Notes under the pieces: generated by a model | What the model was told of the DNA's origin: nothing | The model's input: the letters and a program-made list of their open reading frames with translations, nothing else | Database searches by the model: none | Program-made: the position numbers and the translations under genes | Shown here: positions 39,201-49,000 of the stretch, in pieces | Layout of the letters: each line of letters begins with the position of its first letter | Position numbering within the stretch: position 1 is the first letter of the stretch | DNA from: an uncultured Bacilli bacterium | GTDB taxonomy: Bacteria; Bacillota_I; Bacilli_A; ML615J-28; CAG-698 | Reading direction: 5' to 3' | Assembly (NCBI GenBank): GCA_934096585.1 | Contig: CAKOMG010000008.1 | Coordinates: 34,690-98,689, forward strand | Length of the DNA stretch: 64,000 bases

Positions 39201-40927
39201 GTACTTATAATATTTATGCAAAATATTCACCGATTGAATACACATTAATTTATGAGGATTTGAGTGATAATATTAAATTAGATAATGTTACATTTACTTA
39301 TGAAAATTATCAAAATATTATTATTGCAAATGAATTAATAGATGGAAAGACATTTATAGGATGGTATATTACTAAAGATTGGACTGATTCTGACATTGCT
39401 ATACCAGCAGGAAGCACAGGACAAGCAATTTTAAGATTAATTGAACAAATGTATAATAATAATATTAATGCCTTAACTTTATATGGAAAATATGATATTA
39501 TGCATAAAATTCAGTTTAATATCGGTTTAGAAGAATTTGATTTCGATGATGAATATGTTAGTGATGGTGGAACAATCTCTAAAATTAATGCTTATTCAAA
39601 TGCGTTAAGATCTCTTGAAAGCAATGATACTCAAAAAATGTACTTTGTTGAATGGATTGATAGTGATAATAATGTAATTACATCAAATACCATTATTACA
39701 AAAGATATGATTTTAAACGCGAAATTACAAACAAAAGCTCACACAATTACTTTCACTGGTGGTAATGAAGATGATATTCGTTATTCTAATACTACAGATT
39801 CATATATCATTCCTATCGAGGCTATTAAATCACCAACCGGTAGTAAAGATAAAGGTGATACTGAAGTAGAATATAATTTTGTTAATTGGCTTTGTGAAAA
39901 TGATGGAACAAATTACAATAAGGGTGACTCTATTGCTATAAATAGTAATTTAACATTCACAGCGAAATTTACAGAATCGACTTATTGCTATATATCAGCG
40001 AGCACTACTTCTGAAACTATCACAAAAATAACGATAGGCAATGAAGAAATATCTCAAAGCGGAGGATATTGGAAAGTATTACAAAATTCATCAATTACTG
40101 TAACAGTAACCCATAAGAATACAGGTAATGGATCTTCACAATCATTTAGTTATGATGATGGTTCAACGCATAACTTAACTGGTAATACTAATGGCGTTTA
40201 TAATTTTACTATAACTAAAAACACTGAAATTACTGCTTCTTCATCTGATGGATGTATAATAGAAGGAACTTTGATAACATTAGCAGATGGAACAAAGAAA
40301 AAAATTGAAGAACTACAATTTGGCGATTTATTGCTTACATGGGATTTCTTTACTGGAAGTTTCGATGTTAAACCTTTAATTGCATTAGAAAAAACAACTA
40401 GAAGAAATTTCGAAGTATTAAATATTTATTTAGATAATGGTTATAAAATCCAAGTCATAAGTGCACAATCTTTCTTCGATATGAACCTAAGAGAATACTT
40501 TGAAATTAATTTAACTAATTATGAAAGTGCAATAGGCAAACGCATTATGATTGTTGATGATGATAAGATTTCTTCTTCTAAGATTAGTACTATTCAAATA
40601 GAAGAGATTGAAACAGTAGCTTATGAATTAATTACAGCTGAAGATTTTAACTTTGTAGCAAATGATATTTTGACTATAGAACCATTTATATTCTGGGTTA
40701 ACACATTCAAAATTGATGAAAACTATCGATATAATATTGATCAATTTAACAAAGATGTAGAAAAATATGGATTATATGAATATGAAGAATGGTCAGATTA
40801 TTTAACAAAAGAAGAATTTGAAGCATTTAATGGAAAATACTTCAAAGTTGCTGTAGGTAAAGGATTAATTACAAAAGAATACATTTTAAAAGCTTTATCT
40901 ATTTATAAAAATAGTTATAAACATTAA
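36233..40927 (+). CDS. cassette A giant surface protein: N-terminal anchor, MBG-type repeats, beta-helix-like core, Listeria-Bacteroides repeats, C-terminal Hint domain
   Basis: Its ATG lies 1 nt after the small-gene stop (a GTG at 36224 is the alternative). TM plus IGFSTWLISD. MBG-like GPIDAGDYLIEVTY and YNGTQQKPEI. YYGTVERAL..NNGTIKIDG. GW repeats YYNFDGWFTDES, FIGWYITKDW and YNFVNWLCEN. Hint block A is G|CIIEGTLITLADGTKKKIEELQFGDLLLT. Confidence 0.85.
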   Translation: MKNIRQTRIFLISILVISIATVIGFSTWLISDSINIKPSPGIDKVITRYLSGNEGTYDGNVLLPSSEAIGLVNNGRNTDLQYKYKKANSTDDYINCEDSNQSVGPIDAGDYLIEVTYIINETESETISNIKFTINPLDIENCDDIFIEFTEHSDNKFIYTGNEIRPDDLQVKYKQRILAFDNDYTVNYLNNINVSTEAIVQVIGQGNFKGTKQLYFEITDKPQIIYLKAINGINQTVTYNGTQQKPEIVAYADENYTQVLEDVTLTYNNVPTNARETAYIVRVTASKENYESTYIDIYLTIEQKELELEWHKSEYTYTGLSQGPACIATNLIDGDNCNIFSTKEINAGDYVASIISVSNSNYKLPTNNLTCNFIINKANYKCKTIGKLNFDGDYYIEGNQLNVSGYVLTDIFGNEISCAQEADISQTKFTDGNSETVNANVSIICSAITKDSNYNDYITSTSVVVYAVATIGSKYYGTVERALTNAVSGNEVYLIPNRNPTLRENAEVKSNVTLYLVYQAGKFLDNRQNSVANIFAESQETKYLQNTLTIEKSIVLINNGTIKIDGITGNAGAIYAGQTSGFYTQIVMNESSSIKNTGVIYCLGFIKESYNENNSIIYIQSGTLTAPLVFYDFKGGSVSNYLNGKKVFPMKVFDMPNIRPLIRITQGAKYEAITDIYMNNKHFNQQDLYVIGTSSDSNALLKMTSGYIDLKYNTTGTPTINSGYHDFNIYGNCETGKLKVNLAGTDVSTENFYCPMSWKFKIKIYNSMTIKSKFEFLPGSSLIINKNATLQIDKDCCFYQSYKDKGGQTPLYPNINNAALLKINGVCKINANFCGRIVTEVSGAQLYVSNNNLTGITDGSATAKYGGFSGDMVYAQCGDVTLNNATLYAYGCFENSTDFSQKFSSNAYYLSNGDYWSNQVSSGEFNVIYHYKDLDGNDQSQTITYNIFSGITPTIPLISDPIRRYYNFDGWFTDESYSYSYDTINVSANGTYNIYAKYSPIEYTLIYEDLSDNIKLDNVTFTYENYQNIIIANELIDGKTFIGWYITKDWTDSDIAIPAGSTGQAILRLIEQMYNNNINALTLYGKYDIMHKIQFNIGLEEFDFDDEYVSDGGTISKINAYSNALRSLESNDTQKMYFVEWIDSDNNVITSNTIITKDMILNAKLQTKAHTITFTGGNEDDIRYSNTTDSYIIPIEAIKSPTGSKDKGDTEVEYNFVNWLCENDGTNYNKGDSIAINSNLTFTAKFTESTYCYISASTTSETITKITIGNEEISQSGGYWKVLQNSSITVTVTHKNTGNGSSQSFSYDDGSTHNLTGNTNGVYNFTITKNTEITASSSDGCIIEGTLITLADGTKKKIEELQFGDLLLTWDFFTGSFDVKPLIALEKTTRRNFEVLNIYLDNGYKIQVISAQSFFDMNLREYFEINLTNYESAIGKRIMIVDDDKISSSKISTIQIEEIETVAYELITAEDFNFVANDILTIEPFIFWVNTFKIDENYRYNIDQFNKDVEKYGLYEYEEWSDYLTKEEFEAFNGKYFKVAVGKGLITKEYILKALSIYKNSYKH

Positions 40928-40960
40928 AATTTCTTCTTATTAATTAATGTAAACACATTT

Positions 40961-40998
40961 AAAAAAGTACGATTTCGTAAATGAGTCGTACTTTTTTG
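40961..40998 (+). terminator. rho-independent terminator after giant A
   Basis: AGTACGA-13 nt loop-TCGTACT followed by T6. Confidence 0.65.
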
Positions 40999-41884
40999 TT
41001 ATTTGATTTAAAAGCAGTAGTTTCATAATAAAAGCAAGTTATTTTATATAACTTTTGCAAGTTTTATAAATATAATTTAATAATCGTTTTTATATAAAAT
41101 CTATAGCATTGTTTTTTTCTTTAAAAAAATAATAATAAAATTATTAAAAAATAAATTTGAAAATATATCATATAATTAAATAAAAAGTAAAGTAGATTTA
41201 ATAATTTTTATACCCACTATAAAAATTATAAAAAATTAAAAGGAAAAGTAGAAAAATAAAGTAAGCTAAAATTTTCAAAAAATCATAAACAATTAAAAAT
41301 TTAATCATTTTTATTAAAATTTATAAAAAACTAAAAATTGTCAAAAAGTAAGAATTAAAAGTATAATTTGCTTAAAAAAGAAAATGGAAAATAATGTCAA
41401 ATTATTATTTCGTATTTCCCCTTAAATTTTAGCCATAATCTACTTTTATTTTTTTTACTGCTCATTTTACATTGAACATTTTAACCAAATTATAACGCAA
41501 ATTTCCGTTTTTTGAAAATTCTTAAATTTTTCAATAAATAATCAAAAAATTGATAAAAATTTAAGAAAAATCAATGATATAGGGGTATGAATTAAAAAGT
41601 TGATAAATCATTAAAACGCGGAATTGATAAAGAATTGAAAAAGGGCGTTTTTTAACTAAAAATTTATTCTTTTTTATCAAATTAATAAAACCATATATTT
41701 GTTTAATAATTAAGTGAAAAATGAACATAAAAATATTGATAATTGCCTATTTTAAGCCATTTATTAAATCATATTTTTTATATAAATTTATGCTAACAAA
41801 AAGAATTTATATGAACAAAAATAATAAAGGCGCTTTTTTCAATTTAATGATAAAAACGCCTTTAAATTATCTGTTTTTTACTAT

Positions 41885-44668
41885 TTATTTTTTAATTTCA
41901 TTCTTTTCCAGCGTTATATCAGCATATTTAGGAATATAAATATCAACTGAAACGACCCTTAATACTTTTATAGATGTAGCAGTAAAACTATGAGCTTCCT
42001 TAGAAACAACAGATGAATTGGTAGCATTAATTGATCCACTAGATATAATATTAACAATTCCTCCAAATGATGTAGCAAAAATTTTACCACTACAATTTAA
42101 AATTGCATCATCTTTTTTTGGGTAAGGTTGACTACCTAAATCGCCTTGTTCTACTGTTGTTCCATTAGGATATAAAGATTCACTTTTATAAACAGCAATT
42201 TCTTTAGCATTAAGTGTTACACCTTCATTTATAGTTAGTGATGAACCAGGTAATAATTTAAAACTTTGAGATGATGTATTTACAGTTGCAGTATTACCAT
42301 TTTCATAACTGTTCAAATTAATAATAAAGTAAAAAGGAACAGGTAAGAACACATTTTTTGATGAGACATTGATTTTTACATGAGCCGTAATACCCCATTT
42401 ACTTTTTTTAATGGCAAAATATACATCAATGCTTCCAAGTTCCCATGAACCAAAGGTATTTATTGAACATTTTTGTTTCTCTGTATTGAAAAAGCCTGTT
42501 AAACTTGCACCATTACTTAATTTAATTAAGCCATCACTAGAAATAATTTTCATATCAGCAGCATTGTGCTCACCATCAGCAAATAAAGCTGCTTTGCCTA
42601 CTAGTTTTGCACCATAATCAAATTTGAAATTAACATTTATAAAGCCATCTAAATACCATCTATTAAAAACATAACATACAGGTTTACCTTCACCTGTGGT
42701 TTTTCCACTCATACTTACGGAACTATTAACAACACTTTCAACTTCACTTTTATCTTTGCCTGCCATACCTGCAAATCTTGAACCGCCCCTATGTTCTACA
42801 ATTACATAAGGCATATTAACTATTGCTGTCGAACTATTTATTATAGATATATCATTTGAATTGTTTCCAGATATATAACCATAACAATTAATTGTTGAAT
42901 TATTGATTATTTTTGAAGAATTTAATAATTGAATTTCTGTATACTCTTGAGTTGCATTTCCATTTAGTAATTTTCCACCGCCTCCACTATTTTGGACAGC
43001 CCCTATTGTTAAAGTGCCATTATTAGTTAATGTTGAATTATTTATTATTTGAATAAATTGTTTTCTGTTGTCTGTTTTTGTATAGGCTATACTTGTTGAA
43101 TCATTTACATAACTGTGACTAGTAGTTCCACTGTATGGTAAACATAGTTCAACATTACTCTTTATCGTACAAGATTCTCTGATATAAGGGTTTCTATCAA
43201 TAATACAATAAATCACTCCTGAAGAAACAGAAGATAAAGCTAACTCTATTCTACTATAATATGTTGATCCATTATAACATACTGCTTTAACAGTTGTTGA
43301 AACCTTTATAACTAAAGAATTATAGTTTTGTGAATAAGAAGTAGGAATAAATGTTAATTCAATATCTGTAGCCTGAAGTGTTTCACTACTTCCTGATATA
43401 TTATATTGTGTTGTATCATATGACCATGTTCCGATAATTGTTCCATCATTTCCTACACCATTTACAGTTCCTTTGTTAGCACCATCAATTTCTGCTTGAT
43501 AACTACCAACAAATTCTTTTAATTTAGGTTCAGTTTCAAGTGTTAAATTAGCTTTATTTATAGTAAATGTTTTATTTTCTTTTACACAATCATAATTACT
43601 AGAACTGTTCCCTTTTAATCCAGTAATACTAAGTTTATATAAACCTGCATTTACATATCCACTTAGTATATCTGTTTGAAGCGATACATCATCGCCATCA
43701 TACACTGAGCCTTCTTTGATGGATGCAGATGGTGTATAAGCATAATCATGACCTTGATACACTGCATCACTTGGTATATTCCATTCAATATCTAACATTT
43801 TTTTATTTATTTGTAGATTAAATGAAGTTTCTGCTTTTTTAAATCCTTCCATAGTAACAGAAATTGTAACTTTATAAGAACCAGCATTAACTGCAAAATT
43901 ATCAATTAAGTCTATTCCAGCGGTTTGTGGTTGAAATTTATAATTAATATTGCTTTTGTCAATAGCTATGCTTTCGCCATTACTAGTAAAAGTAATGTCT
44001 TCAACTGGCACTATGAATTTTTCTTTATCATATATTTTTTCATAATTAGTTTTTGATAATGTAATTACTAAATCTGAAACAATAGTAAATTGTTCAGATA
44101 AAGTGCCTATATAATTACCCTGCCCAGCAAGAGTCATAGTAGCAATACCCCGATTAGTATTATTTAAATAACTGATTGTATAATCATTAGAAGTAAGAGT
44201 TAATACTTCATTATCTTCTATATCTACAGTAACACTTTCTATTTCTGGTTCCACTGCTGTACCAATATATGATAATTCATATTCTTTGAGTATTAGTAAG
44301 CCATTGCTGATGTCTCTTCTTTGAATAGTATGATTAAATTCAACAAATATATCACTAGAAGTAGTGTCAATTACTTTAACAATATATTCACCCGCATTTA
44401 TTGGCGCTCCATCAGTGTAGTCTTCAGAACTTGATTTATTCTTGTGCATTATTTTGCAATCAATTAAATTGTTCTTTTTTATGGCTTCTTTACCACTATA
44501 AATGCTTGTTTCTGTTTTTAAATAATAATTAACAACATCTTCAAAACTATATGTTGGTGTACTGTCAACGCTTGTTGTTATAAACCATGTTGCTAATCCA
44601 ATTAATGTTATTAATGGTAATAATAATATTAACATTAATGATGTAATAGATAAATTCTTTTTTTTCAT
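41885..44668 (-). CDS. cassette B giant surface protein (N-terminal anchor, MBG-type repeats, beta-helix-like core; no GW repeats, no Hint)
   Basis: ATG at 44668 (MKKKNL), 1 nt after the small-gene stop. IGLATWFITTS, INAGEYIVKV, YIGTAVEPEIESV, NAGSYKVTISV, TYYSRIELAL..NNGTLTIGAVQNSGGGG. Confidence 0.85.
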   Translation of the reverse strand: MKKKNLSITSLMLILLLPLITLIGLATWFITTSVDSTPTYSFEDVVNYYLKTETSIYSGKEAIKKNNLIDCKIMHKNKSSSEDYTDGAPINAGEYIVKVIDTTSSDIFVEFNHTIQRRDISNGLLILKEYELSYIGTAVEPEIESVTVDIEDNEVLTLTSNDYTISYLNNTNRGIATMTLAGQGNYIGTLSEQFTIVSDLVITLSKTNYEKIYDKEKFIVPVEDITFTSNGESIAIDKSNINYKFQPQTAGIDLIDNFAVNAGSYKVTISVTMEGFKKAETSFNLQINKKMLDIEWNIPSDAVYQGHDYAYTPSASIKEGSVYDGDDVSLQTDILSGYVNAGLYKLSITGLKGNSSSNYDCVKENKTFTINKANLTLETEPKLKEFVGSYQAEIDGANKGTVNGVGNDGTIIGTWSYDTTQYNISGSSETLQATDIELTFIPTSYSQNYNSLVIKVSTTVKAVCYNGSTYYSRIELALSSVSSGVIYCIIDRNPYIRESCTIKSNVELCLPYSGTTSHSYVNDSTSIAYTKTDNRKQFIQIINNSTLTNNGTLTIGAVQNSGGGGKLLNGNATQEYTEIQLLNSSKIINNSTINCYGYISGNNSNDISIINSSTAIVNMPYVIVEHRGGSRFAGMAGKDKSEVESVVNSSVSMSGKTTGEGKPVCYVFNRWYLDGFINVNFKFDYGAKLVGKAALFADGEHNAADMKIISSDGLIKLSNGASLTGFFNTEKQKCSINTFGSWELGSIDVYFAIKKSKWGITAHVKINVSSKNVFLPVPFYFIINLNSYENGNTATVNTSSQSFKLLPGSSLTINEGVTLNAKEIAVYKSESLYPNGTTVEQGDLGSQPYPKKDDAILNCSGKIFATSFGGIVNIISSGSINATNSSVVSKEAHSFTATSIKVLRVVSVDIYIPKYADITLEKNEIKK

Positions 44669-44669
44669 C

Positions 44670-45272
44670 TTATTCACCATTACCTGTTATTTTTGCACTA
44701 TATGTAAATTTACTATTCTTTAAACTATTATAAATAGTTGCAAAACTATCTAAATTATTTGTTATAGTAAATGATATAGTGATAGTTTTAGTATCTTGTG
44801 CTAAATCTTTAATTTCTATTTTTGATATACATTCATTCCCATTCACTGCTATATCATTACTTATTAATGAATCATCAGACACTTTAATTGTTACTGGAAG
44901 ATTTGTTGGATCATTAAAGAAGTTAAAACTATTATCACTATAAGTTGTTGTAAAGTATAAATTTAAAGATGTAGCATCTTTAAATGTTTCTTTACATTTT
45001 TTTATATCTATTGTAAGTTCTATACTCATAGTTCCTGTTTGACTGATACTTCCTTCATTTGTTACAAAACCTGTTTTATAGAATTTTAGTTTTGTTGGAG
45101 AAACATTTGTAATATATTCATTACTTTCAATGACATCATCTACTTGAATTGATCCTTCAATTGAAGATATTGGTGAATCAGTTGTTGTTACCCAAGAAGC
45201 AAAACCTACACTCATAATAGATAAAAATGCTAATATGATAAATATAGAGTATTGTATTCTAAGTCTTCTCAT
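44670..45272 (-). CDS. cassette B small exported protein
   Basis: The first 29 codons are identical to cassette A, and it diverges after that. C-terminus AKITGNGE. Confidence 0.8.
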   Translation of the reverse strand: MRRLRIQYSIFIILAFLSIMSVGFASWVTTTDSPISSIEGSIQVDDVIESNEYITNVSPTKLKFYKTGFVTNEGSISQTGTMSIELTIDIKKCKETFKDATSLNLYFTTTYSDNSFNFFNDPTNLPVTIKVSDDSLISNDIAVNGNECISKIEIKDLAQDTKTITISFTITNNLDSFATIYNSLKNSKFTYSAKITGNGE

Positions 45273-45344
45273 ATAGATTCCTCCTAGTATAGCAAGTGTT
45301 ATTTTCTTGCTATAAAATGCGTTTATAAAGGTAAACCTTTATAA
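45186..45344 (-). repeat. 159-bp inverted repeat, right arm
   Basis: See 35545-35703. Confidence 0.9.
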
Positions 45345-45396
45345 ATAGGGAAAATGAAAAAATCTTTCAAACGTTTTCACTTTTTTTCATAGAAGT

Positions 45397-45425
45397 TTGC
45401 ATTTTTTTACACTATATGTTATAAT
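45397..45425 (+). promoter_or_regulatory. promoter candidate for cassette C
   Basis: TTGCAT, 17-nt spacer, TG-n-TATAAT (extended -10), 47 nt upstream of the ATG at 45472. Confidence 0.55.
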
Positions 45426-45471
45426 ATATATATAGTTTATAAAGGTTTGGGTTAGTGAAAGGAGGGTTTAA

Positions 45472-46080
45472 ATGAAAAGATTAAGAACTCAATATTTTGT
45501 TCTTACTATATTAGCAGCACTATCTATAGTTAGCGTTGGTTTTGCTTCTTGGGTAACTGCTAATGACACTACCTTTTCTTTTAACGGTTCTATTGTTGTA
45601 GATGATATACAAGATAATAATAACTATATAACTTGTAATAACTTAAAGATATTTAAATATTTCAAAACAGGTTTTGTTGATGAAAACAACAAAATTGTTA
45701 ATAATGGTTCTATTTCTTTTGATTTAGTTATAAACAATAAAAATTGTAAAGCTAAATTCACTGATTCAACAGATCTTGAAATTAGTTTACAGTTAGAATC
45801 TAATAATTTAAATTTATTCCATAGTGATATTATATCTATGGAAGTAAAAAAAGATAATGAAACTCAAAACCCATTATTCAGTTTTGATCAAACCCTTTGT
45901 GTATTACCTATTACAATAACAAACTTTAAACAAGAGAAAGATACAATAACATTAAAAATCGAATATTTATTCACTATTACTAATTTAGATGAATTTAGTA
46001 ATACAGTTTATCCAATATTACTAACTAATGATTTTAATTTTGTATTAAGTGCAAAATTAACAGGAAGTGTAGGTGAGTAG
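45472..46080 (+). CDS. cassette C small exported protein
   Basis: GGAGGG SD. MKRLRTQYFVLTILAALSIVSVGFASWVTANDTTFSFNGSIVVDD. C-terminus AKLTGSVGE. Confidence 0.8.
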   Translation: MKRLRTQYFVLTILAALSIVSVGFASWVTANDTTFSFNGSIVVDDIQDNNNYITCNNLKIFKYFKTGFVDENNKIVNNGSISFDLVINNKNCKAKFTDSTDLEISLQLESNNLNLFHSDIISMEVKKDNETQNPLFSFDQTLCVLPITITNFKQEKDTITLKIEYLFTITNLDEFSNTVYPILLTNDFNFVLSAKLTGSVGE

Positions 46081-46082
46081 TA

Positions 46083-49000
46083 TTGATTGAATTTAAGAAA
46101 ATCAAAGTATTTTTGATTATGGTTCTAATAATACCAATACTTGTACTAATTGGTTTTAGTACCTGGATAATAACTAATAAATTAATTATTAAACCAGATA
46201 TCGAAGTAAATAAGGTATTAACAGAATATCTAAACTCACAAGAAGGAACATACAATGGAAATGTCCTTCTACCAAATAGTAAAGTAATAGGTATTGTTAA
46301 TAATGGTAGAAACACTGAATTAACATATTATTATAAGCAAAATACAGATGATAATTATATTGAGTGTGTTGATAGTAATACTTCAATTGGTCCTATTAAT
46401 GCCGGTGAATATTTAATTAAGGTAAAATATATAGTTAATGATACTATTTATACAATAGATAATATTGCTTTTAAAATTAATAAAGCAATCTATGATATGA
46501 GTAATATTACCTTTAATAATACTAGTAAAGTATATAATCGTGAGAATCAAATTATAGAATGTAATGGAACTCTGCCAAAAGGTGTAACTGTGACATATAC
46601 AGGTTTTGGAAAAAATGTTGGAGAATATCCTATTACAGCTTCATTTTCAGGTGATACTAGAAACTATGAAGCTATACCTGATAAAACAGCTACATTAACT
46701 ATTACTCCAAAAGATATAAGTGAATGTAGAATATACTTTAGTAATGTTGATATAACAACGGAAAATAATGGCTTTATCTTTTTAAGTGAAAGAACACTTA
46801 GTTATATTCAATCTGGTTTAACTATAAAAGATAATGAAGATATATTAAATGAATCTAGTGAGTATACAATTGATTGGAACAATTGTGGAGTACTTCCTGG
46901 TAGTACTAATACAGCAAACATTAGTGGTACAGGTAACTATACTGGTACATCTACTATAACTTACAAAATAGAACAACCAGAATTAATTGTTGTTGCCTCA
47001 TTAGAAGGCCAAATTGATTCAGCAACATACGATGGAAATATACATTATCCAAGTGTAAAAGTTATAACTAAATATAGTTCTACACCTTTAACTGATTATA
47101 CATTATCATATGATATGGAACCTATTAATGCTGGTCAATATAACGTTAAAGTAACAGCATCAAAATCTGGATATTTAGATGGATCTAGTTCAGTTTCAAT
47201 TGTTATTTATCCAGCAAGCATTAAAGATGCTGTAGTTAATGTTAGTTCACATTCTGATAATCCTAATTTCTTTGTTTATAATAATGGTAATGAAATTAGA
47301 CCATCAGTAGAATCGGTAGTTTTAAATGGAAAAACATTAACAGTTAATACTGAATATAATGTATCTAGTTATTCAAGCAATAGAAATGCATGTACAAATG
47401 CTGCAATAGTTACTGTTAAAGGAACAGGTAACTATACAGGTGAAGCTTCAGGATCATTTTCAATTCTAAAAGCAACTCCTATTGTTACTCTTCCAACATT
47501 CATAAAAAATACTATAATTGAAGGTGAAAAGCCAACTATTAAGTCACAAGGAGTAGCTAAACATAATAATGTAAATGTTAGCGGAACTTTCACTTCTTCA
47601 AACATTAATAATATTACATTTACTGTAGGAACAAATCCTACTAGTGAATTTGGTATTAATTATTCATTTATACCGAGTGATACAAATAATTATAACACTA
47701 TTAGTGATGCTGGTAGTGTAACTGTTACAGTATATGGTGTTGGATATAATAGTTCTAATAAAAACTATTATGGTACTATAGAAAAAGGGTTAAGTGCTGC
47801 TGCTTCTGGTCAAACTTTATGGGTAGTAACAAAGATATATGAAAATAGTGGTTTTTATCCAACTATTAAATCAAATTGTGCAGTAGGTAGTGGAATTACT
47901 TTAGCACTTACATATAAAGATGGTGATTATTCGACTGGATATAAAATATATAATAATGGTGATTCTTATGTATCAAATCCTGATGGAAATGCTATTGGAG
48001 CATGCTTGAAAGTAAACAACACTGCTACTATTACAATTAATGGTACACTTCTTGTGGGTGGTTATATGGATGTTAATTCAATTACTCAAGCAAGAGCTTC
48101 TTTAATGAATAATGGGATTATTAATTTTGAAAGCGGAAGTATTGTCAAAGCATATGGAAATATTAAAGGGATTGGAAATATCTACGCAAAAAGTGGTTCT
48201 ACTATTTATGATGCCTTTAGAATTTATGACTTCCCTGGAGCAAGATATGCAGCCGGTATGTATTATAAAACTAAGAAACCTCTAGCAAGTGATACTTATA
48301 ATAATATTATGCCATTTAATTGCTATTCACTACATAATATTTCCTGTCCTATTAATATTTATTATAATTGCAATTATTTTGCAAGATATCAATTAAATGT
48401 TTCAAATACTATCTATGCAGATGATATTAAAATGTTTGGTTCTAATGGCTTTTTCAATCTTACAACTGATAATGAAGGTTCATTAGACAAAGGATACATC
48501 AGAAGAACCATTGAAGATACTACAAAAAGCACAAATATAAATTCCTCTTTTTCAACTTCTAATCAAGATCTTACTCAAAGAGAGGTATATGAAATTTATT
48601 CAAACATTATAGACAATGAAATACATGTTTCTTTAAAAATTTTAACTGTATCAGTAAATATTAATACTTCTACTGACTTGGCTATGCCAATTGGATTGAT
48701 GAAGTTAATTATTAAGAATGGATATACTGTCACTTTTTCAAAAAACTCATATAAATTCTTACCTGGTTCTTTGTTACAAATTGATGAGGGAGGCAAATTG
48801 CTTCTTAATAATGCAACGAATACTATTTTTTATGATGAATATTATGATAATTTTACTTCAACAAACCAAGGTGGAACCTCTACTAATCATGCTTCTTTTT
48901 CATATCATATACAACATAAAGCTCTATATAATGTTAGTAATGATATTTACACAGTAAAAGAAAATTATATTTCAAAAATAATTGTAAATGGTACCTTAGA

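Noticed and set aside
41721-41939. A 72-aa ORF at the end of the AT-rich spacer.
   Set aside because: It has a low-complexity F/I/K/N-rich translation, overlaps the 3' end of giant B on the other strand, and has no SD.
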